Below are positions 8,825-17,772 of a DNA stretch of 64,000 bases, piece by piece. The notes under the pieces were generated by a model. The model was not told the DNA's origin, made no database searches, and was given only the letters and a program-made list of their open reading frames with translations. A program made the translations under genes and the position numbers. Source of the stretch: Myxococcota bacterium (GTDB lineage Bacteria; Myxococcota; Myxococcia; Myxococcales; Myxococcaceae). Positions within the stretch are counted from its first letter, which is position 1; every line of letters begins with the position of its first letter. Location: the NCBI GenBank assembly GCA_048498275.1, contig JBEHYH010000001.1, positions 4,876 to 68,875 on the forward strand. The letters are read 5' to 3'.

Positions 8825-9832
8825 TCACAAGCCGAGCGCGTCGAGAACCGCGTCATGCAACCGCGGGCGGAACTCGCGGATCTTCACGTTCGCCCGCCCG
8901 AGCGCGACGCGGTTGGTGAGCAACGCGACGACGAGCTGGCGATCGAAGTCGAGCCACACGCTGGTGCCGGTGAACCCGAGGTGACCGATGGCGCCGAGTG
9001 GACCGCGACCGAGCCGTTGACCGCATGACGCGCCTTCCAATGACGGCGTGTCGAAGCCGAGCGCGCGCGTGCTGCCGGGCGTCGTCTCGTCGCGCCTCCA
9101 CGGGATCGGCGGTGTGAAGCGCCCTTCGAGCACTGCTTGACCGAAACGCGCGACGTCGAGCGCCGTGCCGAAGAGCCCGGCGTGACCACTCACACCGTCC
9201 ATCACGAAGGCGTTGTCGTCATCGACCTCGGCGAGCGCGGTCGGGTGCTCGGCGACGTTCCACAGGCCTTCCTGACCGGGGGCGGGTTCTCGTGGCCGCG
9301 TCGCGCCGGTGCGCGCGAACTCGGCGGGCAGCGGCAGTTTCTTCGAGATGCGCCGATAGCCCGCGGAGAGGCCCAACGGCTTCGCGATGCGCGTCTCGAA
9401 CAATTCATCGAGCGGCGTCGAGGTGAACTTCTCGAGAATCGCGCCGAGCAGAATGAAGCCGAGATCGCTGTAGATCGCCTGCCCGTGATGCTTCGGCTCC
9501 GCGGCGAGCACGCCATCGAGCGGCTTCAGGCCCGGCCTGGCGAAGAACGGAATGAACGCCGGCAAGCCGCTGCGGTGGAACATCAAATCGGCGATCGAAG
9601 CGTCGACCTTCGCGGTCGGGAAAAACGCACGCACGCGCGCGTCGATGGGCAACTTCGTGTCCAACACCAGCGCGGTGGTGCTCATCACCTTCGTCACCGA
9701 CGCGAGGTCGAACACGCACATCGATGACGCGTTGCCGGTCGAGATGACGTGCTGACCGCGATGAAAGACCTCCACGCGCCCGAGGGGGAATACGCCGTCG
9801 GTCACGCCGCGCTGGAGCACGTCGGCGATCAC
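8825..9832 (-). CDS. Serine hydrolase, beta-lactamase/PBP-like fold
   Basis: S-x-x-K active-site motif (FDLASVTKVMSTT). ~335 aa, with a 4-nt overlap with the upstream ldcA. Confidence 0.75.
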   Translation of the reverse strand: MIADVLQRGVTDGVFPLGRVEVFHRGQHVISTGNASSMCVFDLASVTKVMSTTALVLDTKLPIDARVRAFFPTAKVDASIADLMFHRSGLPAFIPFFARPGLKPLDGVLAAEPKHHGQAIYSDLGFILLGAILEKFTSTPLDELFETRIAKPLGLSAGYRRISKKLPLPAEFARTGATRPREPAPGQEGLWNVAEHPTALAEVDDDNAFVMDGVSGHAGLFGTALDVARFGQAVLEGRFTPPIPWRRDETTPGSTRALGFDTPSLEGASCGQRLGRGPLGAIGHLGFTGTSVWLDFDRQLVVALLTNRVALGRANVKIREFRPRLHDAVLDALGL

Positions 9833-10698
9833 ACGAACTCCAGGGTCTTCGCCGTCGCGTCGAGCCGCACTTCGGCGCCGAGCATCACCGGTTGATTCAC
9901 CACGCCATGCCCGATGTCGAAGCCCGCGGCGCAGGGCACGCCGAGCTCCGCCGCGAGCTCGTCGAGCACGTCACCGCTCGTGTACGGAGCGTCTTTCTCT
10001 TCGCAGCCGGTGAACTCACCGAACACGATGCCCGCGACGCCGTGGAGCTGCCCCGCCAACTTCAGGTGCTGCCACATGCGATCGAGCCGGTAGGGGCGCT
10101 CGCCGACGTCTTCGATGAGCAGCACCGCGCCATGGAGCGAAGGAAGAAACGGCGTGCCGATGAGCCGCGTCAGCACCGAGAAATTGCCGCCGATCAACGG
10201 GCCGTGCGCGAAGCCGGTCTTCACCGTTCGCGTGCCCGAAAGCGGAGCCACCGCCCTGCCCTCCAGCGTCGCGAACATGCGCTCGACGACCTCCGCCGGC
10301 TGCTTGCCCAACTGCGTCAGCACCGGCGCGTGCAGCGACTGCCAACCGTGCTTCTGCGCCGCGAGGTGCAGCGCGGTGATGTCTGAAAACCCCGCGATGA
10401 TCTTCGGCGTCGTGAAGTTCAACGGGAGCAACCGCATCGCTCCGTAACCGCCGCGCGCCGCGAAGACGCCGCGAATCGAATGGTCATCGAGCGCGCGCTG
10501 CAACTGTGAACCACGCGACGCGTCGGTGCCGGCGAGGTAGCGATGGGCTTCGAACAGCGTGTCGTCGAACACCGGCGTGTACCGGCTGGCCAGCACCGCG
10601 AGCCCTTTGTCGAACGATTCACGGTCGAACGGCCCGGCGGGCGCCACGACGGCGACCCGGTCACCCTGACGCAACGGAGGCGGAGCGAGAAAACGCAC
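9829..10698 (-). CDS. ldcA: LD-carboxypeptidase (peptidase S66, muramoyltetrapeptide carboxypeptidase)
   Basis: GDRVAVVAPAG..., AARGGYGAMRLL and the nucleophile motif GFSDITALH are typical of LdcA. Confidence 0.8.
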   Translation of the reverse strand: MRFLAPPPLRQGDRVAVVAPAGPFDRESFDKGLAVLASRYTPVFDDTLFEAHRYLAGTDASRGSQLQRALDDHSIRGVFAARGGYGAMRLLPLNFTTPKIIAGFSDITALHLAAQKHGWQSLHAPVLTQLGKQPAEVVERMFATLEGRAVAPLSGTRTVKTGFAHGPLIGGNFSVLTRLIGTPFLPSLHGAVLLIEDVGERPYRLDRMWQHLKLAGQLHGVAGIVFGEFTGCEEKDAPYTSGDVLDELAAELGVPCAAGFDIGHGVVNQPVMLGAEVRLDATAKTLEFV

Positions 10699-10721
10699 GG
10701 AGGTGTTTGTACAGTGTGCGC

Positions 10722-11438
10722 GTGCCGTCAGCAGCGCCGAAGAAGTGGCTGTCGAAAATCCCCTGGGGGCTGTTCATCGTCCTCACCGTCTACGCGGCGG
10801 GCGTCGCCCTCTACGTGTGGACGAACTACTACGACTCGCCCGAATACAAGGGCGCGCAGACGTGGCTGCTGGCGCGCGACCTGCTCGGCCGCGACGGGTG
10901 CCGTTCATGCAGCGAGAAAGATCTCAATCTCGCGTTCGATCTGCTCCTCGAAACCGCGCGCTACATTCCGTACTCCCCCACGCCGGTCGAAGAGTTGGAA
11001 TCGCTGCGCTACCGCTTCGAAGAACGGCACTTCAAGCTGACGAAGGAGCGCGTGGTCGCAGCGGAGATGATGTCTGCGAAGAAGCACGCCATCGACGTGG
11101 AGAAGAAGCCGTGGCTGGTGTTCGGAACGGAACACAAGGGGTGGACGCCAGAGCGCATTCTCGGTGGGCCTCGACGCGCGGTGCTCTGGAGCATTCCCGG
11201 CGCGGTCTTCATCATCGTCTTTTGGCTCTACACCTTGTTCAGCCGCAAGCGCGCGCTCGCCGACAAGCACGAGGCGCAGCTCAAAGACGTGGAGAAGGAA
11301 GTCGAGGAACTCGGCGATTTCCGCCGCGGGCTCCCGGAGGCGCGCTCGAGCATTCCGCCGTCGAAGCCTCCGCCGCCGCGCACCACACGAAGCGGTGTCA
11401 CCACCACCGGTCGCGCGGTCAAGCGGAAGCCGCAGTGA
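10722..11438 (+). CDS. Two-TM membrane protein, unknown function
   Basis: GTG 10722 (or 10716) avoids overlapping ldcA. TM segments WGLFIVLTVYAAGVALYVW and VLWSIPGAVFIIVFWLYTLF. Basic/Pro-rich tail. Confidence 0.55.
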   Translation: MPSAAPKKWLSKIPWGLFIVLTVYAAGVALYVWTNYYDSPEYKGAQTWLLARDLLGRDGCRSCSEKDLNLAFDLLLETARYIPYSPTPVEELESLRYRFEERHFKLTKERVVAAEMMSAKKHAIDVEKKPWLVFGTEHKGWTPERILGGPRRAVLWSIPGAVFIIVFWLYTLFSRKRALADKHEAQLKDVEKEVEELGDFRRGLPEARSSIPPSKPPPPRTTRSGVTTTGRAVKRKPQ

Positions 11439-11510
11439 CGGCTGAAGTTCGCAGCGCTCGCCAGGCCAGACGTGCGGCCTCACCCCGACCTCTCCCGTGA
11501 GAGCGAGACC

Positions 11511-12608
11511 TCAGGAAGCTGAAAACACTGCTGCATAGAAACCATCGGTGCCGTGTCGATGCGGCGTCAGCTCCAGCGACTTCATGAGCGTGAGTTCCGC
11601 GTGCGTCGCGAGCGCATGCGCGACGACGTCTTCGTTCTCTTCCGGCGTCAGCGTGCAAGTGGCGTAGACGAGCGTTCCTCCCGGCGCGAGATGCCGCAGC
11701 GCGAGCGCGATGAGTTCTCTCTGCACGCGCGCGTTTTCGTGAACCGCCTCCTCCCGAATTCGCCAGCGCAGATCAGGCCCGCGCCGGAGCGCTCCCAATT
11801 CGCTGCAGGGCGCGTCGATGAGCAGCTTCTTCACGCGCAACCCGGCCGGCGGCTTCGCGCCATGAATCAACACGCGCGCGTTCGCTTTCGCGGCCCGCGT
11901 TCGCAGCCGATCGAGCTTCGAGAGATCGATGTCGGTCGCGTGCACCGTCGCGCCGAGCGCCGCGAGCTGCAGTGATTTGCCACCGGCTCCCGCGCAGAGG
12001 TCGAGCACTTCGTCACCGGGTTGAACGTCGAGCAGTTCACCCAGCAACTGACTGCCTTCGTCTTGCACTTCGAACGCGCCGGCAAACCCAGGCCCGAGCC
12101 CGAGCAGATTCGGCCGCGGAGTCACCACACGCAACGCCTGCCGTGCGAGCACACCGGGAACTGTTTCAACTCCCGCGTCACGCAGACGTGCCGCGAGTTC
12201 ATCGCGCGAGCCACGCGCACGCAGCGTCACCGGTCCCGGGCGATTCAACGCGTCAGCGAGCGCCGGAGCTCCAGCCCCGAACCGCGCGTCGAAGCGATCC
12301 CCGATCCAATCAGGGAACGAGTAGCGCTCACGCCAACTCGATGGCGGCTCTGAATCAGGGAGCGCGATGAGCGACTGCAGAAGATCTCCGCGAAGCCGTC
12401 GCCGCCAGAGACCGACGCCGAAGATCGCCTCCGCGCTCGCCTGACGTTGCTCGGCGGTGAACTCCCGATGCGCGCGCAGAAAATGATCGAGCACGCGTTC
12501 AGCCGCTGCACCACCAAGCACTTCGGCGAAGGGCGCCTCGAAGAGTGGTTCGATTCCCTTCAGAGCGCTCCACGGGATGGAGCCCAGCCGCGCTTCAGAC
12601 TCACTCAT
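11511..12608 (-). CDS. RsmB/NOP2/Sun-family SAM-dependent RNA (cytosine-C5) methyltransferase
   Basis: SAM motif DLCAGAGGKS and the two catalytic Cys motifs (IDAPCSELG, YATCTLTPEENE). Confidence 0.85.
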   Translation of the reverse strand: MSESEARLGSIPWSALKGIEPLFEAPFAEVLGGAAAERVLDHFLRAHREFTAEQRQASAEAIFGVGLWRRRLRGDLLQSLIALPDSEPPSSWRERYSFPDWIGDRFDARFGAGAPALADALNRPGPVTLRARGSRDELAARLRDAGVETVPGVLARQALRVVTPRPNLLGLGPGFAGAFEVQDEGSQLLGELLDVQPGDEVLDLCAGAGGKSLQLAALGATVHATDIDLSKLDRLRTRAAKANARVLIHGAKPPAGLRVKKLLIDAPCSELGALRRGPDLRWRIREEAVHENARVQRELIALALRHLAPGGTLVYATCTLTPEENEDVVAHALATHAELTLMKSLELTPHRHGTDGFYAAVFSAS

Positions 12609-13191
12609 TCAACGCCCGGCGCAGATTTGCGCGTGCCGCAGCGTCGAACCGCGCGTGAAAAAACTCAGACAGGAAGATTCGCGGAGCCTCGAGCAGCTTC
12701 TTCAGAAACCGCCGCCGATTGAAGTCGAACACCAGCTTCGGAACGTGCGCGTATTCCTTCGCGATGCCGGCGTTGTACGCATCGAACGCGGCGGGTTCGC
12801 TCCCGAGAATGGCCATGTCGGCGTCGAGAAAATGCCGCGCGTCATCGTCGAGCACTTCGTCATCGAGCTTGCCATGTCGCGCGGTGAGTTCGATGAGCCG
12901 CCGCACGTACGGCACATCGATGCCGGCATTCGGGATGAACTGCGCGATGGCAGACGCCGCCAACTCCGCGCTCTTCGCTTCGTTGTCGGAGCGACCGGCT
13001 TCGTAGATCGCGTCATGAAACAGGGCCGCCAGCTCGACCTCGCGCGGGTGCTTCCACGAGGGCACCGACGCCAGATGACGGAAGACCTCCTGAACATGCG
13101 TCCACGAGTGGTAGGCGCGTGGCGGGCGCCCGTAGGCCGCCTCCGCCGAGCGCACCAGCGCGTCAGGGAGCGTGTTCGTCAGTGTTGACAT
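12601..13191 (-). CDS. HD-domain metal-dependent phosphohydrolase-like protein
   Basis: YHSWTHV ... ALFHDAIY (H...HD signature). 196 aa, 8-nt overlap with the downstream gene. Confidence 0.65.
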   Translation of the reverse strand: MSTLTNTLPDALVRSAEAAYGRPPRAYHSWTHVQEVFRHLASVPSWKHPREVELAALFHDAIYEAGRSDNEAKSAELAASAIAQFIPNAGIDVPYVRRLIELTARHGKLDDEVLDDDARHFLDADMAILGSEPAAFDAYNAGIAKEYAHVPKLVFDFNRRRFLKKLLEAPRIFLSEFFHARFDAAARANLRRALNE

Positions 13192-13238
13192 GGTCGGGCG
13201 TCCCCACGTAATAGCCGCGCCGTCAGACAGCGGAATAT

Positions 13239-13311
13239 TCCTTGATAGCTCAGCTGGTAGAGCAGGCGACTGTTAATCGCCGGGTCGTAGGTTCGAGTCC
13301 TACTCAGGGAG
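13239..13311 (+). tRNA. tRNA-Asn: tRNA-Asn (anticodon GTT)
   Basis: Cloverleaf read by eye. Acceptor TCCTTGA/TCAGGGA (one G-U pair), D-arm AGCTCAGCTGGTAGAGC, anticodon loop CTGTTAA, T-arm GTAGGTTCGAGTCCTAC, discriminator G. CCA not encoded. Confidence 0.9.
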
Positions 13312-14802
13312 CAGAGATTGACGACCCAACGAACCGCTTAACACCGGCGCGTTGGGTCTCTCTTTTTCCGGCTCAGCGCTCTCGTCCCAGAAGCCCTTCG
13401 GCAGCTCGTAGAGCTGGATGAGCGCCTGACCGGCCTTCGGATTGTTCGCGTCGGGTCGCCACTCGACGACGTCGACGACCTCTCGCAAGAGCTGCCGGAG
13501 TTCGAGCGCCGCGTTGGCCTTGCGTGCCGCCGCGAAGAGTTGCGGCAGCCGTTGGTAGCTCTCGGCCACAACCTCCGCGTCCATCATCTTGTGCGTCAGC
13601 GCGTCTCGCTTCGTCTTTAGCTCGAGCAATTCCTCCTGGAGCTTCGCTTGTTCCCCCTCCTTGTCGCGAAGCCGCGCCGACAACGACTTCGCGCCGCCTC
13701 CCTCAGCGATCGAATCCACCAGGCCGTTGATGACTTTCCCAAGCTGCTGCATGGCCGACGTGACCTTCTTCGTCTCCTCATTGATGGCAGTGAGCTGATC
13801 GTCACGACCTTCGTTGGCTTCGCGAACGGCTTCCCTCAAGGCCTTCGCGTCGATGGACAGCTGAGAAATCTGGTCGAGCACAAAGTTCTCGGCGGCAGAC
13901 GCGGGAATGTCCTTCGTCTTGCACGCGACCTGCGCCGTTCGATGCTTGAGGGTGCAGCGGTAATAGAAATGCGCTCCGTTTCTGCCGGTGCCCATGGTTC
14001 TCGTCATCATCGAGCCACAGCTGCCGCAGCGAAGCAGTCCCTCGAGCAACATCACCCTCTCGTTGGAGCCGCGTCGTTTGGGAGGCGAGTCAGTGTTGAT
14101 CGCCAGCTTCGCTCGAACCTTCGCAAAGAGCTGCGCATCGATCAGCGGCGGCCAGTTGCAGTCGATGACTTCACCGCTCTCAAGCCTACGCTTCGCGATG
14201 TAGCCCTCGTCGCGTAACGTGTTCAAAACCGTCTGCGTCGCGAAAGGAGCCTTCTCTCGTTTGATACCCCTCTGCGCCAGGTACTTCGCCACAGCGCGGG
14301 CAGACCCGAGCTCGAGGAATTTCTCGAAGACGTCCTTGCGGAGGATCTCGGCTTTCTTCTCATCGACCAGCAGCGTGGTCTTGTTCGTATCGTGCGCTCG
14401 GTAGCCGAAAGGCACACGCCCACCGAACCAGAGCCCCTGAACCATGCGCGACTGAATCTTCTCTTTCGTCCGCTCCGACGTTCGCTCGCGCTCCAGCTCC
14501 GCGAAGACCAGCGTGATCTTCAACATCGCTCGACCAGTGGCGCTGGCGGTCTCGAATTTGTCGTCGAGCGCGAAGAACTCGACCTCGCGCTCCTCGAAGA
14601 TGCTCCACAGTTCGTAGAAGTCGATCAGGCTGCGTGTGATGCGATCGATCTTCACCACGACCACGGCATCGAGTTTTCCGGCGCGAACATCGGCGAGGAG
14701 TTGCTGAAGCGCCGGCCGATCGGTGTTCTTCCCGCTCTTCCCCTCTTCGCGGTACTCCGCCGCCAGAATCCATTCTCGACTGCCCGTCGCTTTCGCCTGC
14801 AA
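13300..14802 (-). CDS. Large serine recombinase (resolvase domain + recombinase domain + zinc ribbon + coiled coil); N-terminus appears disrupted
   Basis: DRPALQQLL..GKLDAVVVVKIDRITRS, ..FAELERERTSERTK.., GG..PFGYR, and Cys cluster LRCGSCGS...YYRC. The catalytic VRTSRES segment lies upstream of the first usable start (see finding). The stop lies inside tRNA-Asn. Confidence 0.8.
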   Translation of the reverse strand: MQAKATGSREWILAAEYREEGKSGKNTDRPALQQLLADVRAGKLDAVVVVKIDRITRSLIDFYELWSIFEEREVEFFALDDKFETASATGRAMLKITLVFAELERERTSERTKEKIQSRMVQGLWFGGRVPFGYRAHDTNKTTLLVDEKKAEILRKDVFEKFLELGSARAVAKYLAQRGIKREKAPFATQTVLNTLRDEGYIAKRRLESGEVIDCNWPPLIDAQLFAKVRAKLAINTDSPPKRRGSNERVMLLEGLLRCGSCGSMMTRTMGTGRNGAHFYYRCTLKHRTAQVACKTKDIPASAAENFVLDQISQLSIDAKALREAVREANEGRDDQLTAINEETKKVTSAMQQLGKVINGLVDSIAEGGGAKSLSARLRDKEGEQAKLQEELLELKTKRDALTHKMMDAEVVAESYQRLPQLFAAARKANAALELRQLLREVVDVVEWRPDANNPKAGQALIQLYELPKGFWDESAEPEKERPNAPVLSGSLGRQSLLPE

Positions 14803-15166
14803 CGTCTCGTAGTCGATGCGTTGCCCGAAGCGGACGTTCTTCAGCCTGGACTCCCGGCTGGTTCGAACCCTTCTTCATCGTCTTCATTATCGACATCTAC
14901 AGCCGCGTCAGTTTTCTCGCCATCTACGAGCCGAAGAACAAGTCGTCCCAACGCGAGCTTCGCCGACCCAAGACGCTCCTCCGCCGTCGGCCTGAACGTG
15001 GGGCTCGCCGAATTCGGCTTCAACGTCCCGGTCGGCACAATGCCGCCAGTGATCGGAAACGTCGTCTGTGCCGAACGGCCGGGCATACGACGACAAGTAC
15101 CGAGGCCACCAACTGCCGATAGCGGAGCGCTTCGTGCACAAACGAACCGAGCGCTCCGCCGGGGAT

Positions 15167-15460
15167 TCAGTCGTCGGACATTGGATTGTCGATATTTCGT
15201 ACCCTGTTGCGCTTCTCGAAGTGCTCTTCGACGACAGACTGAATAACGGCCAGACGGCGACGCAACACCCTAATGTGCGCGACGCACTCAGCAAGCATCA
15301 CCGTGACATCGCTGAATCCGTCGAGAACCGGAATCGAGGGGAAGCCCTTTATCGACTCCATTGCTCTTGTCAGCGCCGAGTTGGTTCTAAATATCTGCGC
15401 CGTCCACGGATGCATGGGCGACCCATTGTTTTTCTTCTGCGAGGGTTTGCGTGTTGGCAT
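15167..15460 (-). CDS. Hypothetical protein (97 aa)
   Basis: ATG 15460 preceded by GGAGAAAGA. Protein-like composition, unlike the overlapping plus-strand ORF. No recognisable motif. Confidence 0.4.
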   Translation of the reverse strand: MPTRKPSQKKNNGSPMHPWTAQIFRTNSALTRAMESIKGFPSIPVLDGFSDVTVMLAECVAHIRVLRRRLAVIQSVVEEHFEKRNRVRNIDNPMSDD

Positions 15461-15787
15461 TCTTTCTCCAGCGGCGGCCACGAACGGTTCGCGACCTTCA
15501 ATTCCGCCAGCCATAGGTACAGCCCCTCAAAACTCGACAAAGCGGAGCAATCACGCGGCTTCTGGCTACTTCGCTCCGATCGACTCAGAGCTTCCGTGCC
15601 ACGAGGGGTGAGGGTTGGCGTGTATGGAGAAAAAAAAAGACCAGAAGCCCTACGCGCCTCAATCCAATCTGTACCCACCCACTACGTCGCGCGAAATCGC
15701 CTTAGTGGTGCGCAGAGAGACTTCAGGAGTGTCACCAGATCGCTGGGTTACTTACACCCTCCACTACAACGACCCTCACCCCTGGCC

Positions 15788-16909
15788 CTACCGGAGCTTC
15801 ACTTCGCCAATACACCTGACAAACCTCCGACCATGACTTCGCGTCAGTTTAATTCCTGAGAGTCTATGCAGCGCTTTCCCGAAGGAAGTCATGCTGACCG
15901 GTTTCACTTCCCCTCGAAAACCGCTCCGATACCAGTGATACAATCCCTTGCGGCCATAGCGAGTGTTCTTCGACAGGCTGTTTAAAAACTGAATGATGTC
16001 CTTGTACCTGTGTGGAGCAAACCGAGCCGACGGGAACGGGTTCAGACGCTTGGGGCGCGGCGGCACCCATCGCGTTGCCGTTCGGAGATGTTCGCGAACC
16101 CTTTCAACACCGACCTTCATCAAAAAATCATCCGGACCCAATTTCTCACCGACGATCAGCACGGGAGTTGGTGCAAGAAAAACAATCGCACCAGCCGCCT
16201 CCAAAGCAGTGGCGATGAGCGTTTGGCCGCCTCTGACATTCTTGTTAGTAGCGACGTCATTATCCAGCATGACGAAGACTCTGCGTTCCTTCCACGAGAC
16301 GTACTGCTTTAAGACTGGATGAAGCTCGATGCGCTTCTGCTCTCTCTTGAGCGCCGCGTCGTGACCTCCGCCTGTTGAACCGGCAAGACTAATCGACGGA
16401 ATTCCTGCGACGGTCAGTGCCAATGCCTTAACGGGGCCTTCAACAATAACCAGCGGCAGCGTGACATCAGCAGCAACGGTCTCCATCAACATCGGCGGAA
16501 TGAACGGACGAGTGCCGCGACCCGCGGGGTACGCGAATTTCATGCCTTTCATTGGCTGGTCGAGGCGCACACACATGTAATTGTCGCCAGGCACTTCGAA
16601 CCAAATGCCCAACCCGTCCTCGTTGTTGATTCTCCTTTTCCACCCGAGCACCCGCTTGATTTCGTAGGAGTTCAGACTGCGCCATCCGAGTCTCAAAGCG
16701 ATATCGGCGGGCACCCCGCGAGTGGCCAGGTATTCACGATGGTTCCTGTTCAGCGTTGGCGGCGTAGCGAATGGCGCGGACAATGTGGCCGACAACAGCT
16801 GCGTCTCGGGTGGGTTGCGGGCGTCAGTCCGAAGAATGAGGTCTTCGCTGCGGGAGTGGGTTGATTTTTCAAACTGAGGAACGGGCATGAAGTTGTGGGG
16901 GGGGGCCAT
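15788..16909 (-). CDS. Toprim-like (DUF3854-type) protein, putative primase/replication-associated
   Basis: HREYLATRGV..., acidic Toprim-like core LVIVEGPVKALAL and VFVMLDNDVATN, then ..GPDDFL. The start is ambiguous (ATG 16909 or 16888) with a C9 run between the two. Confidence 0.6.
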   Translation of the reverse strand: MAPPHNFMPVPQFEKSTHSRSEDLILRTDARNPPETQLLSATLSAPFATPPTLNRNHREYLATRGVPADIALRLGWRSLNSYEIKRVLGWKRRINNEDGLGIWFEVPGDNYMCVRLDQPMKGMKFAYPAGRGTRPFIPPMLMETVAADVTLPLVIVEGPVKALALTVAGIPSISLAGSTGGGHDAALKREQKRIELHPVLKQYVSWKERRVFVMLDNDVATNKNVRGGQTLIATALEAAGAIVFLAPTPVLIVGEKLGPDDFLMKVGVERVREHLRTATRWVPPRPKRLNPFPSARFAPHRYKDIIQFLNSLSKNTRYGRKGLYHWYRSGFRGEVKPVSMTSFGKALHRLSGIKLTRSHGRRFVRCIGEVKLR

Positions 16910-16975
16910 GAGAAGCCGCCATTACTGGCCGACAACTTCTGGAATACCGGAGCGATCCCTAGCAATTTCCAGTTT

Positions 16976-17710
16976 TCACTCCGCCTCTGGCAAAGCAACC
17001 GAGGAACTGGGCTCTGCAACACGCAGGCGCTTCAAGCTCGCGAGCAGCATCCTCGACGCAACCTTCGCCTTCAACTTCCGCCAAGCGTCTTCGCGATCCT
17101 TCAGTGGAATCCGTCTCGGTGACGGTTTCTCGCTGTTGGCATTCGACTTTCTCGAAGAATTCAACGGCAGATCTTCGCCAGGTAGTCGCTGCCCCACGAG
17201 GACCATCACGGCTTCCATCTGTCGATAGGTCATCTCTCGACCCATCAACTCAATGACTGAGAGCATCGATGTCATCGCCAACTGATGTGCTTCGTCCCAC
17301 CAACGGTCGTCTTCGCCGCGAGGGTTGGTGGCGAGCAACAGCTGCGCCTGCGACATCAACATCTGCTGCTGCGCAGACGCTTCAATGAAGTTAGATAGCT
17401 CGGCAAAGAACTTCAGCGCTCCATTGAGCGACGTGGAGTATTTCTCTGGGATAGCACGGGTGAAGTCAGCCACTGGGGCGGCCTGGTAGCGCTGCTTCGG
17501 AGTTGCTGGCCGCGGCTCGTTACGGAGCCAGTGCTTCACCGTTCCCATGACCTGCGCCATGGTGAGCCCCGCGTGGGTCGCCGCTACCAGTGCCTGAATC
17601 TGCTCGGCGCTGTAACCCTCACCTTCCAGAAACCTGAATGCGTGCTTCTCGTCTTCAAAATGGAAGGCTGCTTTTGCATTGGCGTAGTTCGGCTGCCTGG
17701 GGCTCCCCAT
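16976..17710 (-). CDS. Hypothetical protein (244 aa)
   Basis: ATG 17710 preceded by GGAGGAG. Coherent ORF divergent from the next gene. No recognised domain. Confidence 0.5.
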   Translation of the reverse strand: MGSPRQPNYANAKAAFHFEDEKHAFRFLEGEGYSAEQIQALVAATHAGLTMAQVMGTVKHWLRNEPRPATPKQRYQAAPVADFTRAIPEKYSTSLNGALKFFAELSNFIEASAQQQMLMSQAQLLLATNPRGEDDRWWDEAHQLAMTSMLSVIELMGREMTYRQMEAVMVLVGQRLPGEDLPLNSSRKSNANSEKPSPRRIPLKDREDAWRKLKAKVASRMLLASLKRLRVAEPSSSVALPEAE

Positions 17711-17772
17711 TTTCAGTTCTCCTCCAAACAAAATGCTTCCCACTGGAGATGAGGCAGGTGGACCATTTGACG

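Noticed and set aside
10506-10721. Upstream extension of the membrane-protein ORF
   Set aside because: It overlaps the 5' part of ldcA on the opposite strand with Arg/Pro-rich sequence. GTG 10716/10722 lies just before the first TM helix.
15068-15859. 263-aa plus-strand ORF in the recombinase-proximal region
   Set aside because: Non-protein-like composition. It spans the inverted-repeat intergenic unit and overlaps a better minus-strand ORF that has an RBS.
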